Assembly (NCBI GenBank): GCA_051294375.1
Contig: CM119271.1
Span: forward strand, 14,142,770-14,206,769
Length of the DNA stretch: 64,000 bases
Direction of reading: 5' to 3'
Source of the DNA: Paraspadella gotoi
Lineage: Eukaryota; Animalia; Chaetognatha
Shown: positions 30,805 to 46,200 of the stretch, piece by piece
How positions within the stretch are numbered: position 1 is the stretch's first letter
How the letters are laid out: the number at the start of each line of letters is the position of its first letter
Translations under genes and position numbers: made by a program
The notes under the pieces: model-generated
Databases searched by the model: none
The model's input: the letters and a program-made list of their open reading frames with translations, nothing else
What the model was told of the DNA's origin: nothing

Positions 30805-32162
30805 GAAGGTTCCTTGATTTAAATTTTAAAAAGCTCTAATGTAAAAAAACAAAACAAATGAGATCGATATATAACGAGATTGTAGCGTAGTGTGAAAATA
30901 AAAAACGACGATGACGAATAATGTAAGAGAAGAAGGAAGGAGAAATGAAGAAGGGGAGAAGAGCAATAAAGCGAAAGAGGGGCAAAGGGAGAAATGAAGA
31001 AGAAGAAGAAGAGTAAAAATTGAATCAGAAGGTTGGAGAGAAAAAAATGTACTATTTGTACGTACAAATTTCGTTACGAACTGCAAACGAAAATAAACAA
31101 AAACAACAAATACGTAGATAAATAAAAATTATTGCCATTATCGCCGGCAAGAGTTGAAGTGAAAGACAACGACACTGATCAGCATTTGCGCCTCGCACAA
31201 ACACCACCGCCACCCAAATCCCCGCCTTTCCTTGCATCGTTATTTGCAATGTAATAATTATATATCATCAAACTTCAAGGAGCGGGAAAATAAAATTTAC
31301 CTAGCAGTGCCAGTAGCAGTGGTGATGTTTATGAAAAAGACAATAAGCATATGAAAAATCGGACGGAAAATAAAATAAATATTGCGAAGACATAGATTTG
31401 ATTTAGTTCGTATATTACACTAGCAAAATAAATAAATTGCACTGCAATGTCAATGAATGGTGAGAGTTTAAATCTTGTGGAATAAGTTCCTCGTTAAAAG
31501 GCAAAAATTAATCAGCAATGAATACTAAGAATGTGATGCTGAAAAAAAAAAACCCACAAAACGTTCGAAGCTAAAATTAGGGCGGGATAAAAATAATGTC
31601 ATGCGGTGAATAAACTCAAGCAAAAAAAATTAAACCCCCTCCCAAAAAAATGAAAACAACAACAACCACACTTTCAAGACTACAAAAAAATTTAGTATTA
31701 GGATATCGATCATTAAAAAAGCAAAGCTACGCTTATAACTTAAATGTATACTTCACTGGTAGGTAATAACTGGTTCACAACATTTAGAGCTTTGTGTTAG
31801 AATGAACAGAAGCCGTAGTCGTAATGATGAGAAACAATTTAAATTTATACGTTCGTTCAAAAAAAAAATATCATTTATTAATCTTAGCTTTTAATAAAGT
31901 TCATAAATAACGATCCTCTTTGATTCTAAATAAGCAAGTATATTACTTTATCACGAATTGAGATCATAAATGGTTAGTAACGTTAGTTACGCTAAGAAAC
32001 TAAGATTCTTAAATTAAAACCTTTTAAGCGTTGACGTTAAAATAAACCACCACCGCCAATAAAACCTCAACTCGTCCACCAAACCACCTTCCACCCGAGT
32101 AATCAAACCAGAAGGCGCGGCCCGGTTTAGAGCGGACAAGAGAAAGGCGGGGGGAAAGCGTT

Positions 32163-35100
32163 TCATAGCGCCACGGCTCCGCCTCCGACGTCTCCCTTTC
32201 CTCTTTTAGAGACGCAGCCTATTTTGTCATCTTCGAAAACGGCGGAGTTGGCATCCAGGTAGAGCTTGAGTCTGGAGGGAAAGTCGGTCATCACGCCTGG
32301 TTGGAGAATGGAGATGGTGGTGACGCAGTGGTTTAAAGGAGTGGACCAGATAAGCAAACGACTGTCCCTCACTGAACTCACCAGCGCAACCGACTTGGAC
32401 GAAGGCCCTCTGAAAATCCTCCTCGTCGTTGAGGACCCAGAGGAAAGTAGGGATGCCGCGGCGGGCGAGGTGCGCCACCAGACCAGCGCGCATCAGCAGT
32501 AAGTCCATGCAACGGATTAGCAAGCGCGAGAAGAAGCCCAGGTCTTCCAAACCGCCGCCGCTGGGAGGAATCGTAGCGCGGGTTTTTCAGTTTAAATATC
32601 ATTGTCCTTCATTAACGGGATTTTAAAAAGAATGAACCATGAACTTCCTTACCTGCATTTTGTGAGAAATATGGAAGGCATCATGACTTCGAAACAAGAT
32701 TCTTTGAGAGGAAGAAAAGGAAGGAGGCCGACGAAGAAGGAAAAGACAGTCATGAGAGATCGACGAAAACTAAAAGACGATAGCGGATCTTAGTTTGAGG
32801 AACGACACGCGTTCACACGTAGAAGGTCATGAGTCATTCGAAAAACCGGTAAACGGGTAAGTCTCTCTCTCTCTCTCTCTTTCTCTCTCCGGTCTGGGCG
32901 GAGTCGACAAACGCCAGCCCTGAATGAGGTCGTAGCTGTTTGGACTCCTGCCCTTGTTTAGTGCCTCACTACAACTGAGACCTTACCTGAAAAATACGGG
33001 CATGTTCGGGTTGACACGGAGGCATTTTCTGGTGACGGCCTCGTCCATGTTACCCCAGACGGTAATGTGTTCACGTTCGTGCTCTGGAGGCCAAAATGAA
33101 ACGCGAAAAGGTTTTTAATCTTTTTTTACCAAGACCTAAAATCGGATTTATCTTCTAAATCCGGTTAAGAATGGATTCGAAACGGTTATGACCTCGAATC
33201 GGAAGGAGTTCGTTAGAACTTCTCTTTTAGAGAAAATTATAATCTTTCTTGCTTTTTATTTCTTTTTTTTCTACGTCATCTGGCATGTCAGCTGAGTTTC
33301 GAAGAGAATTGAAGAGAATTGAAACAAATGATCTTAGAGGAAGATGAAGTGATAAAAAAAAAGTATTACAAACTGTAAATTACTAAAACGAAAGGGCTTT
33401 AATATGTATATCTCTGTATTTTTTTCTCTTTAAATGGGCCGGATCTTGGCAGCGATATGCTATTACATATGATTCATTAACGAATGTATATTAGGGTGGA
33501 GTGATGAAAAGATTCAGTGATTGAACATTATTTTTTTGCTGCCTATGGACATGTAATTAATGAATTTTAAATCCTTTTAAAATTTTTTTGAGCTTAACAG
33601 TATAGTATATTCAAAATAATTTTTTTTTTATAATAGATAAAAAAATAAGAAACTTTTATAAAATATGTTATATGATATTTTAATGTTTAGATCACAATAA
33701 ATGACTAAAACGTTTTAACATATATAAGTTTCTACTACAGAGAATAAAAAAGCTTGAATTTTTACTTTTTTTCCCATTTTAAATGCTGAAGATGACAGAA
33801 TTTTTGATAACATGTTTTATATTTTTTTTTCAACTTTTTATGAAAAATCTGAATCTTTATTAAAAGTTTAAAAAAAATTATTTTTAAAATTTACTATTTT
33901 ATTAATGTATTATATTTTACTATTCTGTTCCGAGACAATATGAACAAAATATTTTTTGTACCAGTTAATTATACTATCTCACATCGAAATATCCTCGATC
34001 ATTCGATCATTCAAATAATTTTTTTGTTCTCGAGTTCTCCACTCTAATGTATATCAGTAAGATCAATACCAAAACTTAAAAGGGGCAATAAATAGGTAAT
34101 TTAAATAAATAACGAATAAAAGATTAAGAAATTGGGAAATTTAAATATTAAAACGTTAAGAATAAAATCTTATAAATACTCTGGCCAAATAAAAAAAACC
34201 TGACTACATTCAGCTCTTTCCGTGCCTCACCAAAGCATCCCTCATTGTCTCTCCTCCCCCCAGCCCCCCCCCCCCACAACAACAACCCACTTTTAACGAG
34301 AGCGGAGATCTTAGCCAGCATGGCGTCGTCGCCCCTCTTTGTGTCGATGTTGACGGGCGTGGTGGGGAAAGCTCGGAAGAGTTCCCCCAGCGTCATGATC
34401 TTTCGATCCGCGTCGACCTTCGTCCAGGGGAGACGATCGTCGGCGGGGGACTTGGCCGTCGGCGGCGAAGTCACGTCGCCACCTCCATCGGCTTCCGGGT
34501 TTGTCGAACGGTCTTTGGTGACGCCATCGGCGTCGGCATCGTCCGGGTTATCGGCGTCGTCGACGATCTTAGTCACGTGACTTTTGTGATAAAAGTGAAG
34601 CGACTGAGTTTCTCTAAGAAGCGGAAGATCTGCGGGTGGAGAGGAAAAGAATTACGGTCGATGTCATCGTCAATTTTTCGTTTAAAATTTCGTAATATAA
34701 GGGGATTGTTTAAGATCGTTGACATAGAGAGAGAAATATATATATATATATAATGTTCAGGTTTCCACTGTGGCGGAGAACTAAATCATGAGACTGTAAA
34801 TCTTGACCCCCACAAATGTTCCATTTCATTTCCATCTACTTATTTACCGCCTCCCCCACCCGACCCCCTCTTAACTCCAACTCGCCTTCGTATGTCTTCT
34901 CCGAGATCCTCCCTTCCTCCCCAGTCAGCCTCTCCAAGCTATCGTCGTGGCAGACGACGACGACTCCGTCCGCCGTCATCTGGGCGTCGACCTCGAACAT
35001 CTCCGTTCCCTTGGAGTATGAGTGACGAAAGGCGGAGAGAGTCGATTCCAGGCGCTCGCCGGCGCCGCCTGAAGAAAAAATGGATGAGAATGGGGGGGGG

Positions 35101-35553
35101 GTGTGATTGGTGAAGGATAAAACAGACGCCTTTTAACGTTCCATCAGACGCGGATCCTTCTTTTTTTGCGGGGGAAAAATAGCAGGGGGGCTAAGATTTG
35201 TAAACAGAACAAAAAAATGCCACTTAATACCCCCTGATATATTTGTTTGCTAGAGCAAAATTTGATTCCTCTTCTATGCTTTACTGTATTGTATGTATTT
35301 CTTTAATATCCCTTCATGTGGGCACTCGGATAGACGAGCGTCTATACGATCGACGCGCCTACGCCACCCCCCCCTTCCCTCCCTCCAATTCCTCACCCCT
35401 GTGACTAATGTGACGGGGCAGAACGAAGGCGAGATGCTTTTTTCGGTGCAGAAGCGTCGGATAATAGAGCAGGACGATCGAGGAAAAGACGTAGACGACG
35501 GCGACGACGATGACGGCGACGAAGACGCAAAACGTCTGCGTCTCCATCTCCAT
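32163..35553 (-). CDS. GDPD1: Lysophospholipase D, GDPD1/GDPD3 family
   Basis: N-terminal TM, YPTLLHRKK..HISHRGGAGERLE, MFEVDAQMTADGVVVVCHD, PVNIDTK, WVLNDEEDF and GVMTDFPSRL. Confidence 0.9.
33490..34050. mobile_element. AT-rich MITE-like element in a GDPD intron
   Basis: Inverted termini ATTAGGGTGGAG / CTCCACTCTAAT, plus internal AT-rich inverted similarity. Confidence 0.45.
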
Positions 35554-36060
35554 GGGACCGAGAGGGATAGAACGAATGCGCCAACCGAATCCCGTCTCAT
35601 TGGCGTTCATTTTTTATTGTTTTTTTTTTTCTAAAATATTTTTTGGGAGTCTCCTAATTATTTTTATTTTCCAGTTATACGCGCGATAATTATTATTAGA
35701 ATTAAATTTCTTATTTAATTCATTTCGACGCGCGCCGATAGTTGGAAAAGACGATTTTTTTAAATTTAAAAACGATTCTTCATAAACTAAAAATTAAAAC
35801 GAAAGAATAAAAAATGTGGAGTTATTATTGTGACCAAAAAAAAAAGAAAATATCAACAACTTTTGATAACAAAACGAAAAATAAGCGTGATTTCTTTATC
35901 CAATAAGGCGCAAGAGGAGGCATATATGATTTAATGGGGGAATGTGGGCGTGCAGGCACAATGGCAGATCATACGTTATCGGTTATCGAAACGTCAAAAA
36001 AAAAGTTAGGACGGAAAAAGCGCGGGAGAAAATCTTTAAGTTATTAATCCGCAAATGAAG

Positions 36061-37801
36061 TTATTCAACAGTGAGGGAGATTTGAAGATGCAAATATAAC
36101 TCTTTCGTAGTCAGTAATTTTAATCTCTTCCGTTTTGGATCCACGGGCTTCTTGTACAACTCCAGCGCCACCGTGGAACCCTCTCCGCCACCGCCGTTAC
36201 CGCCGCCAACGATCTCATCCTTCTCCAAAAACGCAAAACACTTGCAACTTGTTCTGGAAGAATTACTACAAAACTTTTCATCAAAGTAAAAGTAGTTGAT
36301 CAATTTACTTGTCCGAAACCTTTTCTTGGACGGCTTGTAATGATGCAACTCGAAGAAGACGGCGAATCCAAAGGGGAGATACTCCATCGGCTTTTGGATG
36401 TTAACGACGACCGACGAAGACGACGACGACGACGAGGAAAAGTGGACGTAGGAAGATTCTTTCTTCGCGGCGACCGGAGTGGATTGCGGCATCGTAAGGT
36501 CAGCGCCAGAGAGATTCTAAGAAAAAAGGACTTCGATCAAATAAAAGACGTAAAGTTTTAAAGTTTTAAAGTTTTACCGGAGAGTTGAACATATATTTAA
36601 ACTCCGCTCTCTTTTATCGGGAACGGGAATGCCAAATACATAAAAAACTAACTTTCAGAATACCAATCATAAAAACCAAAATGAATTTGTAACGCCCACA
36701 ATGAAACTCTCACTCAATATCCTAATTAAGATTTGAAAGGCCAATTTTCCCGACCTTGACCGAAACGGTGATGTAAGGATCGATGAGGTCCCCAGCGTCT
36801 TTGACTCCGATTTTCTCGATCTTGAACGAGACGTAGGTTTTCCCTTTTTCCATGATTGGCGCCGGGAGGAGGGATCCCTGCCGATCTGGCGAGGACGCGA
36901 GGAAAAAAGATAAACATCGACTTCAACCGAACATCCTTCGAATCAAGTCGCCCGTCCACGAACCTTTCGCGGCGTCTTCGATGGAATCCTCCGTTGTTGT
37001 TGTTGTTCTCCCGATTCCGACGTCGAAGGTGGACGAATTGGCCAACAGGATTTGACGCTGAGGTGTGTAAAGGTAAGGTGAGGCATTAACCAAGGTGAGG
37101 TCACTTTGTTAACTACCAGACCAACCTGTTGCTGAAAAACAGTCAATTCCACCGGAAACGTCGCCGCCTTTTCGTCGCCGGCGTCCCCTTCGACGGCGCG
37201 CCGCAGCCATGGGCCGAGGCGACGCATGGCGTCGATTGTGACGCCGGATTCGGCCGCCGCGGCGTCGGCGGCGTCGTTGGAGCGAAGGATCTGACATCGA
37301 AGGTCGAGACAGAGGCAGATCTTGCGCAGGAGACTGTTTAAAATGTAGGTATCAATTTTCAAAATTTAAATGAAGCAAGTCTCCAGTCTCCAGCGAGACA
37401 AGCGAGACAAGCTACATGATCAATCCTTTTCCTGCGATGTTATAGTGAATAATTGTAAAATTTTTTTCAGTCACTTTAAAAATATCATATTATTTGCTAT
37501 AACTTAAGAATGTAAGAACCCCATCTCCCCCCCCTCTTTAAACTCACCGTTCCTCCTTTTCCCCGACGACCCATCGATCATCTCCCCCGCCTTCCTCCTC
37601 CCCCCTCCCCCTCTCCACCGCCGCCTCTATGTCTCTCCTCAATCGCCCGTACGCCTCCGCCGCCTCAACCGGTTGCCCCCAAGAGTCCAACTCGCAGCCT
37701 TTGTCGAGGGCGGCGGTCCAGGTGGCGGCGGTGATGGCGGCGGGGGTGCGAGCCTCTCCGCCGCCGCGAAGAGGGTCGGCGGCCGAGGCCGTCTCCCGCA
37801 T
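36061..37801 (-). CDS. AIDA: Axin interactor, dorsalization-associated protein
   Basis: DSWGQPVEAAEAY, KICLCLDLR, IDPYITVSVK, FFELHHYKPSK and LELYKKPVDPKRKRLKLLTTKELYLHL. Confidence 0.93.
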
Positions 37802-39485
37802 GGTGTGGGAAAAGATCGAAGAAAGTGGATTTAGTCCAATTTTTTGAGGGAGACTTCAGATACTATCAGATAGTTCTCCTTATTATAAAGCTTGGCTGAA
37901 TTCCGACATTACAAATTTTTCGGCATTTTTTTTAAATCAAATCTTTTCTTGTTTAAGGCACAACTGTATAGTGTTCAACATCAACGTGTGAACGTAGCTG
38001 AAAAATATATATGGAGTATATAATATATAACAAACTTATAAATATAACAACCATATAATTATAAATAATGAAAGAACGGAGTCTTTTGTTTTTCACAAAA
38101 ATGAGAATGAGGTCGACGATCGACGATCGATCCATCGACTGACGACATTTAAGTCTTCATTGAAAAAACAAAAGACGTCGACTCCTACGACTTATAACAA
38201 AAACATTAAATAAATGAAGTTTGTCCTTATCCGAAGGATGCTTTTCTTTTGTTTTGGCACTTCTGTCAATAAGGAAATGAGTTTTTGTTTGTTTGTCTTG
38301 CTTTTTTCATCTTTTATGTCCCATCTTAATTAGTCAACCTGTGGTAACAAATATAGTGTAAAAAGAGTTAAAAAGATGTGTGTTTAGTGTTCGTGTGCGT
38401 CCACAGCTAAAAAAAAATTACACACACAATTTTTTTTTGTTTTGAAGTCTCGAAGAATAAAACGGCGGGTTAAAAAGAGAGACAAATGGAGAAACAACTA
38501 TGTCACCCAAATATATAATGAATAATAATAAAAAGTAATGTTAGAGGTATTGAAAGCCGATGACACCGATGCGGGCGAACGGGCAAATGGCCGATGATTA
38601 TCAAAATTCGAAAAAAGGAGTAGTAGTTATACGTAGTAATTGCCAACAATTAACAACAACTTGAATACTGAGTAGTAATGATGATACTGATAATACGTTT
38701 CTGGACGGTCGTGCAATTTTGTTTTGTTAATTCAACAACAGAATTATGGACACCACTAACCACACAGGCGAAAAAACACGATCAAACTCTTATTGGACGA
38801 AAAAACATCACCATGTGAAAATAATGGTGAGGTGCGGACGTGGGCTGATCGAGTGATGGAGTTATGGTTTGTGATCCGATAATAATAATTGTTATTTCTA
38901 AACACGGAAGTGCCGTTTTGAAATAGTAGAAACCATAGTTTCAACGCAATTTTTAAAAAAAATGAATATTTGCAATGGATGCATATTGCAATATGGATAA
39001 TAAATGGAAACAGAAATACGTGAATGCACAATGATAAAAATATGTGAAAATGAATAATTCCACGTTTAAGTTATGTTTGCACCTGTTTGTGCCAATGCCA
39101 AAGAAAATCCATAAATGCGCAACAAATTTTAAAGATGACGATACAACAGAGGCGCGACCAAAGTATTTCAAGAAGTATGTATTTAATATTTAATTTTATC
39201 AGAAGAAGCAGTCAAAAAATGAAATCAGGAAGACGATGCGTATGGATAAAGATTTTTAAAAAATGACTAATGCCAATAAAGTCATTGGTAAATCAAAAAG
39301 ATATATTATCCAAATTGCTTCCCCTCCCCCCCCCCCGAGGATTTTTCGTTGAATTCAGTGTTTAAACTCGCTAATCTTGTAATGACGATTTAGCACATTT
39401 CCCATAAATATACGGCGACGTGGCGAACGGGCTGTTATCGTTTCTTCAACCACGCCGAACTGGCTTCGCTTTGAAGGCGCGAAGT

Positions 39486-42428
39486 TCAAAGCGCCGATTG
39501 TCTTCCGCTGTCGGGACTCACGTCGCCTCTCAATTCGTAAATATTATCGTCGTCGTCTCCGGCGCATTGATCGAGGCGAACTCTGGCCTTCGCCTTTAAA
39601 GTCCCCGCGTCGGGGCCGAAAACGGAGGGGCCGATGGGCGGAAGCGGCTCGTCCACGGGGCTCTGACTGTCGGAAGAGACGAAAGAATTGGCCGACTGAA
39701 ATCCATCGTCGTAAGATTTGGATTTCTCGATGGCGGAGGAGGCGTCGACGGCGGGCTTGACTCCATGAGACGTCGCCGCCGCAGCGAAAGGGTCCGCGTC
39801 GCGTTGCAGCGTCAACGCGTCCAACTCTTTCGTGAGGGAGCGGACCTAGAAAGGTCAAAAGATGTTAATGCTACTAACAAACAAACTTATTTAAAGCTAT
39901 TAATGACTAAATTGTCGCCTTCCAAACCTGCGCCATGAGTAAAGAATTGAGTCTCGTCAAATTGGCGAGGCGTTGCTCGTCCTCGGCCCTGGAACGCCGC
40001 TCCGCTTCGACCAAAGCCTCGAGGCGGCGCCGTTTCGACGCAGCGAAAAGTCGCTCCTCTTTTAAGGACATCACTTCCATTCGGAGAAGGCGGAGGTGGC
40101 GCAGGAGGGAGGAAGACTGAGAAGGGAGATTGAAAAAAATGTCAGAATGTATCTTGCATGCATTTATACAATATACAATTTTTTTTATACATTATACAGA
40201 ATGAGAAACCAAATTTGCGTTTTGTAGTTTCCAAGTTTGTTTTTTGTTTTGACGAATTTTATATTTTATATTTTAACAAATATTATATTATAACAAATAA
40301 GCTTGTACTCTTTAATGTTACTTTTACATTGCAATGGTTTAGCTAAAATATAATATGAATAATGAAAACTTGTAATCTTAAAAAGTAATAACGTTCGTAT
40401 TGATCTATCCTTCCAAAAAAAAAAAGTGGCTTTCTCACCAATTCACTCGAGCTATCGGGTCACCGAATCAAGATTATATTTCTGAGTCACGAGCTAATAA
40501 TCTCTAATTCCTTTATGGAATATTGATTCTTTGTCGCCCCGCCCCCCCCACATACATATGTGGGGGGGGCGGGGCGACTTCAACAGAATTACAAACTGCT
40601 ATTGGTCGTCGTTATCATCATCATCATCATTACCTTCATACTCTCCGCCTCTTCGACGTCGAACAACTGCGTCAACTCGATGTCCCACTGCGAATCTTCC
40701 CTCGACATAGTCGTCGTCGTCGTTTCGCCAGCGTGATAGGTCGAACTGTAGGTCGTCTCTGCCACCGAGAAAAAAAAAAATCCAAATTCCCCGATTAATT
40801 CACAATTATTTCATTCAACATCCGCTCAACTTTTTTAACTACAGTGACTGTGACAATAACGACGTTACCGTAGGGCTGATTAAAACTGGGATCGAAGCTA
40901 GCGTCGTCGCCTTCACCGTCTTCGATTCCTCGTTTCAACGAAGGATCGATGGATCGATCGAAAAACGGATCCATCGACGCCGCAGCCTCCACGGCGAACG
41001 GATTTCCGGCGCCGCCGACGCCATTGACTCCACCGCCGGCGTCGTCGTTGGCGCTTTTGTTTTTTCCATCGGCGTCGAGGATCGAGTTTTGGTTCAACGT
41101 TCGATTCGATCGAGCGAAGACGGCCGAGATCGAAACCGGAGAAGAAGTCGTCGTCGTGGCCACCGCAGCAGGGACTGCAGGGACGTCACCGGCCGGCGAC
41201 GCTGCCTCATCTAGATTCTGCTGCTGCCGCTGCTGGTTGAGGTTGTGGCAGACTTCGAAGGCCTGGCCGATCGTCCGGACGATCCTCATGGCCTCCAATT
41301 GTTTGCGAGATTTGAAGACGTGGCAGCGGAAAATAGCGTCGGCAGAGAACGAGTCCGCCTCGTTTTCCTAAAATCAATTAATTAATTTATCTAATTTATA
41401 AAAAGACTAAAATCAACCCGATCACTAAACCTCGCTTCCCCCTACTCAAACCCCTTCCGACGAACCTGCGCGATGTAGCTGAAGATCTTGAGATCGAGCG
41501 AATCGTGACTCACGTAGAAGACGCGATTCACCGGCGACGACATCAGCGGCAGCGGGCGCCGCCGATGACGCCGACGACGCTGCCGAGCCGCGTCTCCGTC
41601 TTCGGCGTCGGGCGACTCCGTCGAACGAGTCGGAGAGGCGTCGAGGGAGGCGGCGCCGCGGGGCGAATCGGCGTCGTCGGCGTCGAAGGTCTCGTCCGAA
41701 GCGACGCCTTATGAAAAGGTTAATTTTAAAACAAATGATTAAAACTGTAATATTCCTAGTTTATTCATTCTTTCTTTCCCTCCTCTTTCCCGTTTCCCTC
41801 ACTTTTTCTTCTCCCCGTCCTCCTCTTCCTGATCCAATGAAAGAGACGCCGCCTCCGCTCGCCGAACCCGCGCCGGATTTCGTCGTCTTCGTCGTCCTCG
41901 TCGTCGTCGTTTCTATCGGTGACGCGAATTCCTCGCGTGGAGACGACGAGAGACACGTCGCGTTTAGGGATGTGGCGTATCTGACGCCAACGAAGGTGTG
42001 AGAAAAAAAAGCAAGCAAAGGAAAGCAATCAAACGAGACTCACCTTAAACTGGAACCGTACTCTCCTCATGGCCGCGACGATCTCCACTCGAGAAGCCGG
42101 CTTCGGGACATCGAGGCTCCCGACGTATCGAGCGTCGAAGCGGATCCCGTGATCGAAGGCTTCCTCGGGATGGACGGGCACCTGGGCAAGGGGATAGGGT
42201 AAGCAGAAGCAAGCGTCAAAGAACGAGGAAGTGTATTTTGATACTTAAGCTAATACATAATATATAAGCTGAATTTAATTATTTATTTAGGATTTTTATT
42301 TTTGTTTTATTGCCAAGCATCGCCTCAGCAAATCTGCAGCAACTTTTTCCGGAATTCACCTGAGCGTCCAGCCCGTCGTCGTTGACGAGATCGTACGGAT
42401 TATCGTCGCGCGAAGTAAACAACTTCAT
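39486..42428 (-). CDS. NOS1AP: NOS1 adaptor protein (CAPON/DYC-1), PTB domain plus coiled coil
   Basis: [62 protein letters not shown] and [16 protein letters not shown]. Confidence 0.92.
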
Positions 42429-43290
42429 TTTTTTTTTATTTTCTAATTATTTCCTCCAGTGGCTTTTTCTGAGGTCGGGTTGCAGTTTTTTTGTTTTTTT
42501 TTTCTTCCCCCAAAAAAGGAGAATTTCATCAAATTGTTCAGAAGTCGTGAGATGCCCCGGACGCGCGAAGGAAAAACGCGTCTTCACTCTTTCGATGTAA
42601 ACTCACAGTCACAGCCATTATTTTTTTTCTCTTTTTTTTTTAAATACGAGGTTCGCGCGGTTTTTTCCTTGAACGACCTCCGATTAGATTTACATTTCAA
42701 ATCCCTCCGTTTCTGATGGAAAAAAAAGGAAAAAGTCAGAAACGAATAAATAGACAATAAATAAACAATCCAAGTAAATAATAATGTAAATCGTGCAGAA
42801 AATTGACAATTGAGAAAACTCCGGGAAAAAAGGAGAGTGCTGAAAGAATCGGGACAGACTAGTATAAGTCAACAATATTGTAAAATTAATTTAGTAATAA
42901 TAACTATAGTAAAGCGGGTAAGTGTTACTATAAAACAGAGATCAATGTGTGTATAGTATACTGTATAGCCTATTGTGTAAAAGAGAGATCATGCTTGTCA
43001 ACCAAGATAAGGCTTTGAAAATAAGGCATTTAGTTTCAGACGGAAAAAATAACAGCGACGAAAACATGCTATGTTTCCTTCTTACTTAAAGTTAAGCTAA
43101 ATGACGTTCGCATGGCAACAAGTCAGAGAGAGGGGAATTTTGGATCATAATCAGGGAACAGGGATGCTGCGTGGACGTTTTTAATCGACGTTTAATTTTT
43201 CTCAACGTCCCAAATAAACCCCTTTCTCTTTGAGCACTTTATGGTATAAATTAGGGAGCACTGAACTCAACAAATGTTATCACTTTCTAG

Positions 43291-46200
43291 TCACAAAAAG
43301 TGAAGATGTTTTTTCACGGCGACATTTTGAGAGAAAAGTTTAGCTTCGATCAAAACGAGCGGCGTTGATGAAGCTGCTTGGTTAAGGGGTCCCGCTTCTG
43401 CTTGATCAGACGAAGTTGAATAATTAGGAGCTCTAGTTTCCGCTTGATTAGTCAGAGCTGGTTGGTGATTGTCCGCACTCGTTTGTTGCGACGGCATCGA
43501 TCGGTAGAGCGGAGTCTCATGGCGGGACGGCGTCAATTGAGCGGACGGCATCGAAGACGCCGAAGTGTGAGCAAAAGCAGGCGATTGAGAATAACGTTTA
43601 GACGATTGTGGCGCCGGTATCGCCGACGTCGTTCGAGCGCGGGGCGGCGTCGATCGCGGCGGCGTTGTATCGAGGGCGGGATAAAAAGACGTCGCTGAAG
43701 CCGGTTGAGCTGTCGTCAAATCTGACGATGGAAACGACGACGACGACGGAGAAAGTAAAGACCGACGATCGACGATCGAATTAGAGAAAAGAGAAGAGAC
43801 GTTGTCGTCGACGTGGTCGTCGTCTTCTTCCTCCTCGTCCCTCGCTTCCATCTTCGCCGCGTCGAAATAAACGACCCCGTCGTCGAATCGTACAGCGCCG
43901 TCGGTTCTGAGCGGCGCTGCCTTATCAATCATTAAGGACGACGCAGCTTCGATTGAGCGCGTCTTCATCGACTCCGCTGCAAATTCGTCATTTTCGTGGA
44001 CAACACGATCGTCGTCGTCATCGTCATCTCCGTGGCCGCTGTCGGGACTTCGCGCCTCCTCCGCCCTTCCGGTCCACAAGGGCGACTCAAGAAAATGCCG
44101 GCGCCGCGCGATCGACGGAAACTCCTGCGTCGCCCAAAATTTGTCGACTGACGATTCCAATGAAATTTTGGGTAAAAGAGGCAGAGAAGGAATCGTCGCT
44201 GACGTCACCATCATCGTCGTCGCCGTCGTCGGTATCTGTGGGGTCGTCGTCGACGTTGATTTCGAATTGGATATGGGGGTGGCCCTCGTCGTCTCAGTCG
44301 CCACGTCTTTCATTCTACTTCGACGTTTTTTCAAAAAAGCGACGAAAATATCGAAATCTTCGTCAGAGTCGAAGATGCGATGCAAAGCCAAAGGCGTCGC
44401 CCCAGGAGCGGTCGGCGTCGTTGCCGGCGTTGTTGCCGGAGTTGCCGACGACGCCGCCGACTCCCGACCGGAATCAAGCGGCGGGATTTGGATGATAGGA
44501 TTGTCGTCGTCGTCGTCGTCGTCCTCACTTCTACATTCTTCTTTATGATCAAAGTGTTCGATTCTCCAATTTTTGTCGTTGTTGTCGGCGCCGACGACGA
44601 CGACGAGTTCCTTCATTCTCTCTCTCAATCTTTTCATCTCTTCTCTCGCTCTCTCTCTCTCGCTCCTTTCCTCTCTCAATATCTTCATCCCGTCCGTTGC
44701 AACTTCCACGACCCCCACCCTTCTTAACCTTCCTTCACTCATCTTTTCCTTACCCTTATACTTATCCTTTTCCCGCTCTCTCTCCTCCTTCAATCGCTCC
44801 ATCTCCTCTACGATAAACAAAACCTGTCGCTCCAGCAGCTTTCTCCTTTGCTCCTCTTCCTCCAATTGTTTCTCCAATTTTGTGAGACGCGTTTCCAAAA
44901 CAACGACAACAGATTTCAGCGCCGGCGTCATTTCAGCCTCTTTGCTCGTTTCTTTTGTCTCTGACTTTGCGACGCCGTCAGATCGAGACGAATCCCCAAC
45001 GGGGCCGGCGCCCTTGGCGTTCAGCGCCGATTCCAAATCCTTCAATTTCGTCGAATGAATCGACGCATTAAAAGTCGGCGCCGCCAGAACGAGTTTGCCC
45101 GACGTCTTCGCTAAAGTAGGCGTCGGCGTCCCCGGCGTCTTGTGAACCGTCGCCTTAGTGACGGACAAGTCGAGCGCCGTTAAACTCGGAAGCGAATCTA
45201 CGGGAGTTTTCGGCTTCGTCAGACAGAGAGAAGCGGGCGCCGATTGATTCGCTGGCATCCGGCCCGGCGTTGCGGGCCCCAAGTGGCTCGGCGACTTTTC
45301 GCCAGGCGTCTTCGACTTTAACTCTGAGGATCGATAAGCGTCTCTTTTTGACGCCGACGCCGTCGTCTCCGCTGCCCAACGCCCTCTTTCCACATCCGGA
45401 TATTTTTTCGCCCCCAATGATTCAACTTCCTTCCCTCGTTCCACAACAGACATCGCCCTCTTCGTTTCCTTCGGCCGGCGCTCCGCGGCGTCGTCGGCGC
45501 CCATTGCTCGGCGTTTGGCGACGCGAGTCGGCGACGCGGCGTCTTTTTCGCTCGAGTTAACGGTTTTAATCGCCACGGCGCAGTCGTTTTCGTCGTCATC
45601 GTCGTTGTTGTCGCCGAGTTCGAAGATGACGCGCGAGGACCAAGGCAAAGCTCTGTCCAACGAGTTCTCTCTCTGCATCGCGCGTTTTCTCTCTTCCTCT
45701 TCGTTCTTCTTCCGATATCCCTCGCTCTTCCTTCTCAGCTCGGCGTCTTTTTCATCCTGGATTGAAATCGCAGAAAAATAATTATAATTTTACGTATATA
45801 ATCGAAAAAACAACATTTTTTGGAGAGTTTAACAAAAGCAACAAAAACCAACATCAACAGCAAATAACAATAATCATTAATCAATAACAATAAACAATAA
45901 CGATAAACATTAACAACAACAACTACAAACAACCACAACCTGTATGGTCCCCGCGACCCGGCTGGCCATGATCCTCGACGGCGCCTTGAAGACGAGACAA
46001 GCGGATCCGGCGACGCCGCTGTCCAGCGGCGACACGAGGCAAAAGACGCGCGGGTCGCGCGGGTCAACGTAGACGAAGGTGAGTCGATCGAAGGTAAGTT
46101 CGAAGGCGACGTGAAAGGCGGAGGCGGGTACGATGTCGTCGTCGTCGTCGTCGTTGATGGGAAAGGACGGAGTTCGAGGTTGAGGAAAGAGAGAAAACAA

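Noticed and set aside
32924-32985. TGAGGTCGTAGCTGTTTGG resembles let-7, and a CTGA lies downstream
   Set aside because: The seed differs from let-7, no complementary star arm is present, and it is antisense to the host gene, so neither a miRNA nor a snoRNA is supported.
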